From positions 1 through 53,378 of the forward strand of contig CAYIOW010000001.1 of the NCBI GenBank assembly GCA_964365275.1: a stretch of DNA of 53,378 bases, in the 5' to 3' direction. This document shows positions 1-8,239 of the stretch, one piece after another. The notes beneath the pieces were generated by a model. That model was not told the origin of the DNA. It did no database searches and saw only the letters and a list, made by a program, of their open reading frames with translations. Origin of the DNA: an uncultured Gammaproteobacteria bacterium. Lineage in GTDB: Bacteria > Patescibacteriota > Patescibacteriia > UBA9934 > UBA11717. The position numbers were made by a program, and so were the translations under genes. Every line of letters begins with the position of its first letter. The stretch's first letter is position 1.

Positions 1-60
1 GGATTGGCTTTCTTGTTATTCTTATCGGCCTTGCATACGAAATATCTAGGCCGAGCTTGA
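1..60 (+). CDS. 3' end of a CDS truncated by the window start (hydrophobic tail GLAFLLFLSALHTKYLGRA*)
   Basis: Frame 1 is open from base 1 to TGA at 58-60. The stop overlaps the TTG start of the next ORF (TTGA). Too short to name. Confidence 0.2.
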   Translation, partial: GLAFLLFLSALHTKYLGRA

Positions 61-584
61 ATCTGAAAAGAGATACAAATTGGAAATGGATTTTGGCGGG
101 AGGTTTTCTCTTTCTGATTGTACTGACAATGATTTTTGTTCAGGAGATTTGGATGCCGTACAAACATGGATATTCTATTTTTAGTATGAAGAGTTTTGAA
201 CTTCCTCTCGGAACCGGCAACATTATCGTTTGGCCACAGCTTTTATGGGACTTTCTTAATGTTCATTTCACAGATACGACGGTTTTGGCTTTGCTGTTTG
301 GGACTCTGTTTCTAACAAAATCAACCCCGCAAACATCAAGAAGCTATAAGATTATATTAATCGGCGCGGTAATATTTACGGCGTTTTTAATGTTTGGACA
401 TTTCTCATTTTTAATCTCCGGCATAGACCCGACGGGAGGGTATTATTCCAGATTTACTAAAATAGAATTGCTTAGCCAATGGTGGTTTCAGTGGGATTTT
501 TGGTCAGAATTTGTAATTTTAACGGGCGCGTTGTGGCTACTTTTTAAGGGTAAGAAATCTGTGATGGTTGCTAAACCGAGTTAA
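57..584 (+). CDS. hypothetical integral membrane protein
   Basis: 175-aa ORF with several long hydrophobic segments (WILAGGFLFLIVLTMIF, VLALLFGTLFL, ILIGAVIFTAFLMFGHFSFLI, FVILTGALWLLF). Uses a TTG start, and internal ATG starts are possible. Confidence 0.5.
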   Translation: MNLKRDTNWKWILAGGFLFLIVLTMIFVQEIWMPYKHGYSIFSMKSFELPLGTGNIIVWPQLLWDFLNVHFTDTTVLALLFGTLFLTKSTPQTSRSYKIILIGAVIFTAFLMFGHFSFLISGIDPTGGYYSRFTKIELLSQWWFQWDFWSEFVILTGALWLLFKGKKSVMVAKPS

Positions 585-927
585 TTGATTAAAAAATGGT
601 GGCGCGCCCCGCAAAGCGGGGTACGAAATTCGGCGGCGGCGGAAAAGCGAGAGCGAGTGAAAATTATTAAAAGTCAGCGTCCGGATTTTCTTTGAAAAAA
701 GTTCAGATTTTGTTCAAGACAGACAGCCATATGTGTGTACATTACCTTTTTGACTTGACGACATTGGCGCATATGTGTTTTACTGTAATCAGTATGACAA
801 ATTGGTCTACCCAAATTTATCACCTCGTCTTCGGCAAAGATATGTCGGGACAAGATTATGATTGCCGGGTAGGCCTACATTTAAGTGTGGATATTGAAAA
901 ATAATCCACTTCAACATAAATGTAAGC

Positions 928-960
928 GAACCCGGGAATCACCTCGGGTTCTTTGTTCTT
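928..960 (+). terminator. intrinsic terminator/attenuator hairpin directly upstream of the MFS gene SD
   Basis: GAACCCG (928-934), 10-nt loop, CGGGTTC (945-951), then TTTGTTCTT (952-960). AAGGAG follows at 962-967 and ATG at 973. Confidence 0.5.
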
Positions 961-972
961 TAAGGAGCTTCT

Positions 973-2136
973 ATGAATTCCACCAGCGTCTATTACCTCT
1001 TTACATTCTTCTATCGGTTCGCCCTCGGAGCCACCTGTACTCTCTATGTTCCGTGGCTTCATTCAATAGGACTCACCTTGGCGCAGATTTCGCTTCTGAA
1101 CTCCATCTTCTGGGCGGGCGTCATCGCGTTTGAACTTCCAACCGGCATGTTAGCGGACGGCCGTGGCCGTGGATTTTCCGTAACAGTCGGAGCGTTGTTC
1201 TGGGGACTAGGAGCGCTCCTATACTCAACCGTCAGGAGTTTCTACGGCGCGGTTGCTGTGGAGATTATTATATCCATAGGCGCCGCCTTTGTTTCCGGAG
1301 CGCTCTCCGCGTGGATTGCGGACGCAAAGGACAGAACCGAACCGCTCCGTCGCGTTTACGCGCACGGAACCTTCATCACCGGAGTCGCAACGGTTCTCGG
1401 CGCCGTTATAACCGTGCCAATCACGCTCGCCACAACATCTTCCGCATTCTGGTTGGTGAAGGCGGTATTCTGCCTCATTGCCACCTTTATAGCGTATAGA
1501 TGGATGACTTCAAGCGAACCGGAGCGCACGATGAGTGAGTTTGAGGCGCTGAAGCATGCATTTGCACACCTTAAGAGTTCTCCATCGCTCAGATGGGCAA
1601 TAGGCGTGCAGGCAAGCACCGGGCTGTTCGGCGCTTTCAATATGTACTGGGCGCTTGTGTTACTCACGAAGATAAACGAGATTCAACTCTCGTGGGTATG
1701 GGCGCTTATGTATAGCGCGCTCGCTCTGGCAGGGTGGCTAGTTCGTTCCAAGCACGGCGCGGGATTGAGCGGCTCAACCGGTATGCTACTGTCGCTTGCG
1801 CTTGGCGGAATTCCGATGATGTTGTTTGGAATAGCGCCAACAACCATCGTATGGCTTATATTACTAGTGGCACATGAAGTTGGACGCGGTTCCTTTGAGC
1901 CATTCGTAGCCGCCTATGTAGCCGAACGAGTAGAGAGCGGTTACAGGGCAACCTATGGCTCGCTACAGTCCTTCATCGGCTCGTTGGGTATGGTACTTAC
2001 GCTCATCGTGTCCGCGCTACACATGTCGGCCTACGATTCTAATTTGGAAACCATCCTTAATTGGTGGTTGTGGATCGGACTTACTACAACGGTCGTCACC
2101 GCCATCCTCTGGCGCTTCCGCCCCAAGGTCCTCTAA
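973..2136 (+). CDS. MFS-family transporter
   Basis: 387 aa with about 12 hydrophobic helices. An MFS-like loop motif (ELPTGMLADGRGRG) follows TM2. SD AAGGAG lies 6 nt upstream. Confidence 0.8.
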   Translation: MNSTSVYYLFTFFYRFALGATCTLYVPWLHSIGLTLAQISLLNSIFWAGVIAFELPTGMLADGRGRGFSVTVGALFWGLGALLYSTVRSFYGAVAVEIIISIGAAFVSGALSAWIADAKDRTEPLRRVYAHGTFITGVATVLGAVITVPITLATTSSAFWLVKAVFCLIATFIAYRWMTSSEPERTMSEFEALKHAFAHLKSSPSLRWAIGVQASTGLFGAFNMYWALVLLTKINEIQLSWVWALMYSALALAGWLVRSKHGAGLSGSTGMLLSLALGGIPMMLFGIAPTTIVWLILLVAHEVGRGSFEPFVAAYVAERVESGYRATYGSLQSFIGSLGMVLTLIVSALHMSAYDSNLETILNWWLWIGLTTTVVTAILWRFRPKVL

Positions 2137-2143
2137 TCTGCCT

Positions 2144-2174
2144 CCGCCCGCGTCTCCTGATACGGGCGGTTTTA
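2144..2174 (+). terminator. rho-independent terminator of the MFS gene
   Basis: CCGCCCG (2144-2150), 12-nt loop, CGGGCGG (2163-2169), then TTTTA. Confidence 0.6.
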
Positions 2175-2262
2175 TAAATATAAAATTCTCGGCGTCTCTT
2201 CTGATTACTTTACAGGATATCTATATTTATGATAAATAAATCTTTGGAGGCACGAAGTTACT

Positions 2263-2493
2263 ATGATAAGATATTGGTATTTCGTGTTTTACAAGTTCTA
2301 CTCGGAAAGAAGATCTTTCTTTTGGACCTCTACTGAGAAGGGGTACGGAAATGCATCTATTGTGCGTAATACGCCGATAGATTCCATGTTCGCCATTAAG
2401 GAAATAGAGGAACAAATCCGTCAGGCGCATTTTGACAACAATACAAGGGTCGTCGTTGAGCACTTCTTTCCGCTAAAGAAAGAAGAAAGCTAA
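2263..2493 (+). CDS. hypothetical small protein (76 aa)
   Basis: GGAGG lies about 12 nt upstream of the ATG, and a terminator follows immediately at 2497-2528. No recognisable domain. Confidence 0.5.
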   Translation: MIRYWYFVFYKFYSERRSFFWTSTEKGYGNASIVRNTPIDSMFAIKEIEEQIRQAHFDNNTRVVVEHFFPLKKEES

Positions 2494-2496
2494 CCC

Positions 2497-2528
2497 AGAG
2501 CGTCCGAACTGGATGGCTCTGTTTTTTT
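2497..2528 (+). terminator. rho-independent terminator
   Basis: CAGAGC, loop, GCTCTG, followed by TTTTTTTGTTTT. Confidence 0.6.
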
Positions 2529-2569
2529 GTTTTATATTATGTCGCTCGCCGATATTGAATGATAACAAT

Positions 2570-2857
2570 TTATATATTGCCATTTTCAGAAGGCGAAATT
2601 CGCGTGAGTGTCTGCTCCGTTTCGCTCGCGCCGTTTACGAGATATTCGTACTTTTCAACCAAACGAAATTTCGCTCCGCATTTAAGACAACGCAATGTCT
2701 TGGTTCCACGCAAGTCATTTTCAATAACTTCCAGTTTCTCAACTTCCGTCGGAAGATAATTATTATCGTCCGCCCCTCCGACTTGCGAAGCGTAACTCTC
2801 CGCCGGAAGCCGTTTACAAACATCGCATTTTGATTTATTCATATTGTTTATAGCCAC
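2570..2857 (-). CDS. small zinc-ribbon protein (two CxxC pairs)
   Basis: CDVC...CLKC pairs in a 95-aa ORF. The ORF-track start at 2857 is GTG. An ATG alternative at 2842 (MNKSKCDVC) is equally plausible. Confidence 0.45.
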   Translation of the reverse strand: MAINNMNKSKCDVCKRLPAESYASQVGGADDNNYLPTEVEKLEVIENDLRGTKTLRCLKCGAKFRLVEKYEYLVNGASETEQTLTRISPSENGNI

Positions 2858-2965
2858 ATCCTATCAATTTCCATCAAAATATACTATATTGTGTTCAGAT
2901 ATAACGCTACCACAGATTACATAAATCATATTGTTGTAATTGATTATTACTCTAATAAAATTTAA

Positions 2966-2999
2966 GACCACTTTTTTCGTACCTACGAAAAAAGTGGTC
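2966..2999. repeat. palindromic element, family A (GACCACTTTTTTCGTA-CC-TACGAAAAAAGTGGTC)
   Basis: Perfect 16-bp arms with a 2-nt centre, in the divergent intergenic region between starts at 2857 (-) and 3082 (+). Confidence 0.85.
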
Positions 3000-3081
3000 A
3001 CATACGAATAATACGAAGAACAGTTTTCAAGCATAGTTTTTTAATTGATATGTCTTAATATCAAAATGCGATACTTATCAA

Positions 3082-3786
3082 ATGTATAAAACAACTTCAA
3101 TACTTATCCTGACAGCAATCGCCGCCATGATATTGTCTATTTTCGGTCTGCGTGGGGAAACCGATATTGCAATCGTCAATTACCTTTTTGAAAAGAGAAA
3201 CATCGCCACGCTGAATATCTTATTTTTTGTTACTCTTCTCGCCTCTTCTGGGACCGCGTTGATAACAATTTTGTCAGTCGCCGTTTCGTCATTAGTAAGA
3301 AAATATACCGATACTGCTATCGCGGCAGTAAGCGGGTTCTTCGCAACCGAATTGGCGATGTTATCGCTAAAACAAATTTTTCAGCGAAGCAGGCCAGATA
3401 TCGCATTCAGAGCAATAAGCGAGAACTCCTTCTCGTTTCCAAGCGGGCATGCGACAACTGCCGCGTTCGTATTCGGTTTTCTGGCGTATTTGATTTTTCT
3501 CGGAACAAAAAACACGACCACTCGTGTCGCGACATTATCGTCAGTAATAGTTATGACAATCGCGGTAGATTTAAGTCGCGTCTATCTTGGCGTGCATTAC
3601 ACCTCCGATGTTATTGCAGGCAATTTACTTGGCTTTCTTGTATTACTATTGACAATTGCGCTCCATACACGATGGAGAAAACAACATACGATTATTGGAG
3701 AGTCGCATAGCCGCACCGTTATTATTTCAATTTCTCTATGCATTATGACCGCAACGCTTTGGTTTTTATTCGGTTCCACTCCATAG
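3082..3786 (+). CDS. PAP2-family membrane phosphatase (undecaprenyl-diphosphatase / phosphatidate phosphatase-like)
   Basis: Carries the PAP2 signature blocks KQIFQRSRP, PSGHA and SRVYLGVHYTSDV within a multi-TM protein. Confidence 0.8.
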   Translation: MYKTTSILILTAIAAMILSIFGLRGETDIAIVNYLFEKRNIATLNILFFVTLLASSGTALITILSVAVSSLVRKYTDTAIAAVSGFFATELAMLSLKQIFQRSRPDIAFRAISENSFSFPSGHATTAAFVFGFLAYLIFLGTKNTTTRVATLSSVIVMTIAVDLSRVYLGVHYTSDVIAGNLLGFLVLLLTIALHTRWRKQHTIIGESHSRTVIISISLCIMTATLWFLFGSTP

Positions 3787-3790
3787 AACA

Positions 3791-4645
3791 TCAAAGTACA
3801 TTGTCGGAGTTTTGAGGGAGATTTACATCTTCGGCGTCCTTATGCGTTGTCATAACTACCGTTTGTTTATTTGAGGTGGATATGCGCCAAACTAGCGCAA
3901 TGGTTAGAAATGTGATTCCGGCAGCAAAGAACAAGCCGTATGTTTCAACCATCATTTTTAGAACAGGCGGGAGGGCGATAGACGCCGCGTAGTTTGCGGC
4001 AGGACCAAAGCCGTTTGAAAAACTTGCCGGCGCGGTGTCGCGAGAAATGAAAATAAAAGCCAACGAGAAAATAAGAAGACCCGGAGCGCTTCCAAAAATA
4101 AGCGACCATCCTGCGCTTGTAAAACGACTGCGACCAATGGAAAAGATTAGCAGAAACAACAGAAAAACAAGTGGAAATATCAGCGCAACGAACGACACCT
4201 TTAATAACATCGTATGTGTATCCGCGGAAACGAGTTTCAAAAATCCCGCACCCCCGCTTACCGCTTCTTTCATTGACGCCGAAGTCGCAAGTGTTTTCAA
4301 GCCATCGTCGCCACCGTCATACACCGCCTCCGCGAGCGGACGAAAAAACGCCGCGCGTGCTTCTTTTGGCGAGAGAGACGCAATGTCATTTTTAGAAATC
4401 TTGAGCGCTAACCCTGGAATTGGCTGAATAAATCCGTCCGCTCCAACTTTAGCTGTAGCGAGTAGTAATTTGATATCAGTGACATCGTCCACTCCTTTTG
4501 GCGAGAGCGCCGCCGCCATTCCTAACGAAACCATGTCTACTGCAAGCTCTCGTTCTGTCGCGCGATAAAGCGAGAACACCAACAGAGCCGGCATAAGCGT
4601 AAGCGCCGCAAGTATCCCGACAATCCATTGGATATTTTTTGACAT
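3791..4645 (-). CDS. hypothetical membrane protein
   Basis: Has an N-terminal TM/signal anchor (IQWIVGILAALTLMPALLVFSLY) and several C-terminal TM helices. Start placed at ATG 4645 (MSKNIQW); the ORF track extends to 4684. Confidence 0.5.
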   Translation of the reverse strand: MSKNIQWIVGILAALTLMPALLVFSLYRATERELAVDMVSLGMAAALSPKGVDDVTDIKLLLATAKVGADGFIQPIPGLALKISKNDIASLSPKEARAAFFRPLAEAVYDGGDDGLKTLATSASMKEAVSGGAGFLKLVSADTHTMLLKVSFVALIFPLVFLLFLLIFSIGRSRFTSAGWSLIFGSAPGLLIFSLAFIFISRDTAPASFSNGFGPAANYAASIALPPVLKMMVETYGLFFAAGITFLTIALVWRISTSNKQTVVMTTHKDAEDVNLPQNSDNVL

Positions 4646-4723
4646 TGTGAAATTATAACAAACTTTCAGTACAAATACTGCCATTGAAACTTGCTATTAT
4701 CTTCTCCTATTGAATTTTGATGC

Positions 4724-4757
4724 GACCACTTTTTTCGTACCTACGAAAAAAGTGGTT
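4724..4757. repeat. palindromic element, family A (second copy)
   Basis: GACCACTTTTTTCGTACCTACGAAAAAAGTGGTT, identical to the 2966-2999 copy except for the last base. Confidence 0.85.
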
Positions 4758-4800
4758 AGTTAATTTTTTCTTCTCCACCCTCTTTTTCTCTTTCTGCCTA

Positions 4801-5919
4801 CTATCTGATCGCCTCGTACCGTTGCGCCTGATTTCCTTTTGAAAAAACAATCTGCCACAAGTGATTTCGGCGCGCGCGGAATGTCGCCATAGACGACTTC
4901 AGATAAAATTCCCACATACGGAAGAATCTCTCGTCCAGATGTTCCTCGCTTTTTATCTCATTCCAATTCTCCGAGAAATTTTTCCACCACGCTTGAAGAG
5001 TTCGGTCATAATCCGCACCGAAGTTATGCCAGTCCTCAAGCATAAAAATCTTTTCCGCCGACTTGGTAATTTGATTAGCAGACGGAATCATTGAGTTCGG
5101 GAAAATGTATTTTTCAATCCACGGGTCTCCAGCATGCGTGGAATAGTTTTTTCCAATTGTGTGTAGAAGAAACAAACCATCGTCCGGCAAACAACGATTC
5201 ACGACTTTCATATATGTACGAAAGTTTTTCTCGCCGACATGTTCAAACATCCCGAGCGACACCACGCGGTCAACTTTTTCGTCCACCTCACGATAATCCT
5301 GCAAACGCAATTCCACCGGAAGTCCGGCGCATCTCTCGCGGCCGAGAGCAACCTGCTCTTTTGAAACAGTGATTCCAACAACGGACGCGCCGTATTTTTC
5401 CGCCGCAAACTTAGCAAAACTTCCCCACCCGCATCCAATGTCTAAAACGCGCATACCACTTTTCAATCCGATTTTCTGGCAGACGAGGTCAAGCTTCGCC
5501 TCCTGCGCTTCATCTAAAGTCGTTGCGTTTTGAAAATACCCGCAGGTATACACCATACGAGAGTCAAGCATGCGCCGATATAATCCATTCCCAATGTCAT
5601 AGTGCTTCTCGCCGATTTCAAACGCCTTCGCCTTCCTCTGCGGATTGAATAACCGCGCGGAAAGAGCAAAACCTAACGACTTCCACGACCTAACCTTGTC
5701 CTCCAGCTTCGCGCGAAAAATCCTCGTCAGCATTTCATCCAGCGCGTCCGTTTCCCACCACCCGTCCATATACGCCTCGCCAAAGCCAAGCGACCCTTCG
5801 CGCATAACACGGTTAAACACTCTGTAGTCATTCACCCGCAAATCCCAAGCCCTAATCCCGTTTATTTTAATGTAAGCCGTTTCCAGCAAACTCTCAATAA
5901 AGTGTTTTGCGTTATCCAT
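4801..5919 (-). CDS. cfa: cyclopropane-fatty-acyl-phospholipid synthase
   Basis: 372 aa. Carries the SAM-binding motif VLDIGCGWG and the CFA-synthase-type blocks AHYDIGN-like HYDIGNGLY and MFEHVG. Confidence 0.9.
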   Translation of the reverse strand: MDNAKHFIESLLETAYIKINGIRAWDLRVNDYRVFNRVMREGSLGFGEAYMDGWWETDALDEMLTRIFRAKLEDKVRSWKSLGFALSARLFNPQRKAKAFEIGEKHYDIGNGLYRRMLDSRMVYTCGYFQNATTLDEAQEAKLDLVCQKIGLKSGMRVLDIGCGWGSFAKFAAEKYGASVVGITVSKEQVALGRERCAGLPVELRLQDYREVDEKVDRVVSLGMFEHVGEKNFRTYMKVVNRCLPDDGLFLLHTIGKNYSTHAGDPWIEKYIFPNSMIPSANQITKSAEKIFMLEDWHNFGADYDRTLQAWWKNFSENWNEIKSEEHLDERFFRMWEFYLKSSMATFRARRNHLWQIVFSKGNQAQRYEAIR

Positions 5920-6058
5920 ACGACATCATATTAACACCATACACGCCAACAAATAAAGCGCGTACAATTTGCACAAAAACACACTGTGCAATTTTTTCGT
6001 AGGTGAGAAAAGAATACTTTGTTTTGACTTCTATAAACTTTTGTTATATCCTAATTGC

Positions 6059-6451
6059 ATGCATACGGTATTACAACGATTTTCGCTTTGGTCCCTGGTA
6101 GCCATAATAATTGGCGGGACATTTTTCAATTGTCTTTCTTTTGTGTCTCCGGTTTACGCGGCAAATATAAGTCACAAAGAATGTGAAACTGAACGCCTTG
6201 CGCAAGACACACAGCCACAACCAATGTCAATGAGTTCGGACACAAATGTGTGTCCAATCATTCTTTTCGCGAAACAGGTTTCGTCCGAACGGAACGGTAT
6301 TACTGTCAATTCTGATGTGTGGTCGGATATCGGGTATGAGGTATTGGGTATTGCTTATGGTACCGAGCAACCGCATCCTCGTTTAAATCGCCAAAGTATT
6401 ATCGCGCATAAACCGCCGTCTTTAATCGGCACAATTTTGAAGAGAGAATAG
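6059..6451 (+). CDS. hypothetical secreted/anchored small protein
   Basis: Starting at ATG 6059 gives an N-terminal signal-like segment (LWSLVAIIIGGTFFNCLSFVSPVYA). Lies next to the copper locus. No recognisable domain. Confidence 0.4.
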   Translation: MHTVLQRFSLWSLVAIIIGGTFFNCLSFVSPVYAANISHKECETERLAQDTQPQPMSMSSDTNVCPIILFAKQVSSERNGITVNSDVWSDIGYEVLGIAYGTEQPHPRLNRQSIIAHKPPSLIGTILKRE

Positions 6452-6490
6452 AAACAAAAGCGCGGCGTATCTAGCTTTTGTTTTTATTTT
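6452..6490 (+). terminator. AT-rich hairpin plus T-run (possible terminator)
   Basis: AAACAAAAGC, 12-nt loop, GCTTTTGTTT, then TTATTTTT. The stem is weak (low GC). Confidence 0.35.
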
Positions 6491-6491
6491 T

Positions 6492-8180
6492 ATGAAAAAT
6501 CTGAAAAACATAACTATCCCGATTCGCGGAATGCACTGCCGTTCCTGCGAACTTCTTCTTGAAGAAAAAATCCGCGGCGTTCAGGGGGTGCTGTCCGTCA
6601 GCGTTTCATATAGAGACGGGCTCGCGCATGTCGGACACGGAGACGACATACCGAGCGGCGATGAAATATCACAAGCGGTTGAATCCTGCGGTTATTCCGT
6701 TGGGACGGAATCAAAAGGATCGGTTCCGTGGCTTGCGGAAGACGCCTCCGTCTATCGAAATGTGGGGCTCGGCGCGCTTATTCTGGTCGCGCTCTATCTG
6801 GTGGCACGCGGACTCGGACTCACTGACTTCTCGCTCGCTCAAAATGACATCACAGTCCCCTTCGCACTCATAATCGGTCTCGTCGCCGGCGTATCAACTT
6901 GTATGGCAATGGTGGGTGGCTTGGTTCTCGCCATTTCGGCACGACATTCGGAAATGCACCCGGAAGCAACTTCTTGGCAGAAATTCAGACCGCACCTCTT
7001 CTTTAATATCGGACGCATCTTTGGATACGCCGGGTTTGGCGCGGTTCTTGGATTTATCGGGAGCGCGATTCAACCGTCCTCCGGATTCCTTGCGATTCTT
7101 ACAATCGCGGTGGCGGCGATTATGATTTACCTGGGACTGAAACTTACGAATCTCTCGCCAAAAATCGCGAACACTTCAATAACGCTTCCGTCCGGACTTG
7201 CAAAACTTCTGGGAATGAATCGCCATCAAAAAGAATATAGCCATCAACGCGCAATGACGCTCGGCGCACTTACCTTTTTTCTTCCGTGCGGGTTCACGCA
7301 AGCCGTACAGGTTTTCGCTGTTGGAACCGGAGACCCTAAAACCGCGGCTCTTCTGCTTGGTGCATTCGCGCTTGGAACATCGCCCGCGCTTCTCGGCGTT
7401 GGCGGACTTACGGCAATCATAAAAAAGCACCGCGATATCTTCTATGCCACGGTTGGCGTTGCGATATTGCTCTTCGGCGCCTTCAATCTTTCAAACGGCG
7501 TTGGAATTCTCGGCGTAGGAAACGGAAAAGCTAACGCAACCGAAAACCCGGCAAAGGTGGCGCAAAAAACAAACGGGACGCAAGTTATTAAAATGACACA
7601 GGCGGCAAGCGGATATTCGCCAAACCGTTTCACGATTACAGCCGGTGTTCCGGTGCGATGGGAAATTAATTCAACCAATTCATTTACATGCGCGTCTTCG
7701 CTCATCGTGCCGGCGCTTAATGTCGCAAAAACATTGAAGCCCGGACTAAATGTGCTTGAATTCACGCCAAGCTCCCCCGGCGCGATTCCCTTCTCGTGTT
7801 CAATGGGAATGTATCGCGGTCAAATTACCGTTGTAGCCGGCGATACAACGACAGACACCGCCAAAACAACGGCGCCCGCTCCGACGCAACCGGCAGACAC
7901 ATGGGACGTTTCAAAAGCAAGTTATGCATATTCTCGTGCAAGAGGAAGCGCGTTTTTCCCGTCCGAACTTTCAGTGACTGTCGGCGCTCCGACAGAGTGG
8001 ACGGTAATAACCGACGAGGCGTCAGAGACATGCAAGTCAGTGATAAGCGAGCCGTTGAAGATACGCGCCGCGCAGTATCCGGAAGGAGGAACGGTGATCA
8101 GATTCATTCCGGACAAAAAAGGCGTATTCGCGGTAACTTGTGAAAATGGCGAACTTAGAGGGACCGTTAGAGTGCAATAA
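6492..8180 (+). CDS. heavy-metal-associated (HMA) domain / DsbD_2 (TauE-SafE-like) membrane domain / C-terminal cupredoxin-like domains fusion protein
   Basis: N-terminal MHCRSCE (CxxC HMA fold). The polytopic core carries FFLPCGFTQAVQ. One C-terminal cupredoxin_1-like unit ends FSCSMGMYRGQITVV, followed by a second, degenerate unit (VTCENGELRGTVRVQ). Confidence 0.75.
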   Translation: MKNLKNITIPIRGMHCRSCELLLEEKIRGVQGVLSVSVSYRDGLAHVGHGDDIPSGDEISQAVESCGYSVGTESKGSVPWLAEDASVYRNVGLGALILVALYLVARGLGLTDFSLAQNDITVPFALIIGLVAGVSTCMAMVGGLVLAISARHSEMHPEATSWQKFRPHLFFNIGRIFGYAGFGAVLGFIGSAIQPSSGFLAILTIAVAAIMIYLGLKLTNLSPKIANTSITLPSGLAKLLGMNRHQKEYSHQRAMTLGALTFFLPCGFTQAVQVFAVGTGDPKTAALLLGAFALGTSPALLGVGGLTAIIKKHRDIFYATVGVAILLFGAFNLSNGVGILGVGNGKANATENPAKVAQKTNGTQVIKMTQAASGYSPNRFTITAGVPVRWEINSTNSFTCASSLIVPALNVAKTLKPGLNVLEFTPSSPGAIPFSCSMGMYRGQITVVAGDTTTDTAKTTAPAPTQPADTWDVSKASYAYSRARGSAFFPSELSVTVGAPTEWTVITDEASETCKSVISEPLKIRAAQYPEGGTVIRFIPDKKGVFAVTCENGELRGTVRVQ

Positions 8181-8239
8181 TCCGACAAAAAAACATGGCC
8201 ACGCATTCAAGTGGCTATGTTCTTTGTTGGCGATATATC

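Noticed and set aside
692-1133. ORF-track entries 692-904 (+), 856-1062 (-) and 885-1133 (+) upstream of and overlapping the MFS gene
   Set aside because: They overlap each other and have no SD. Their composition is odd and Cys/His-rich. One runs through the terminator hairpin and into the MFS start. I treat the region as a non-coding leader.
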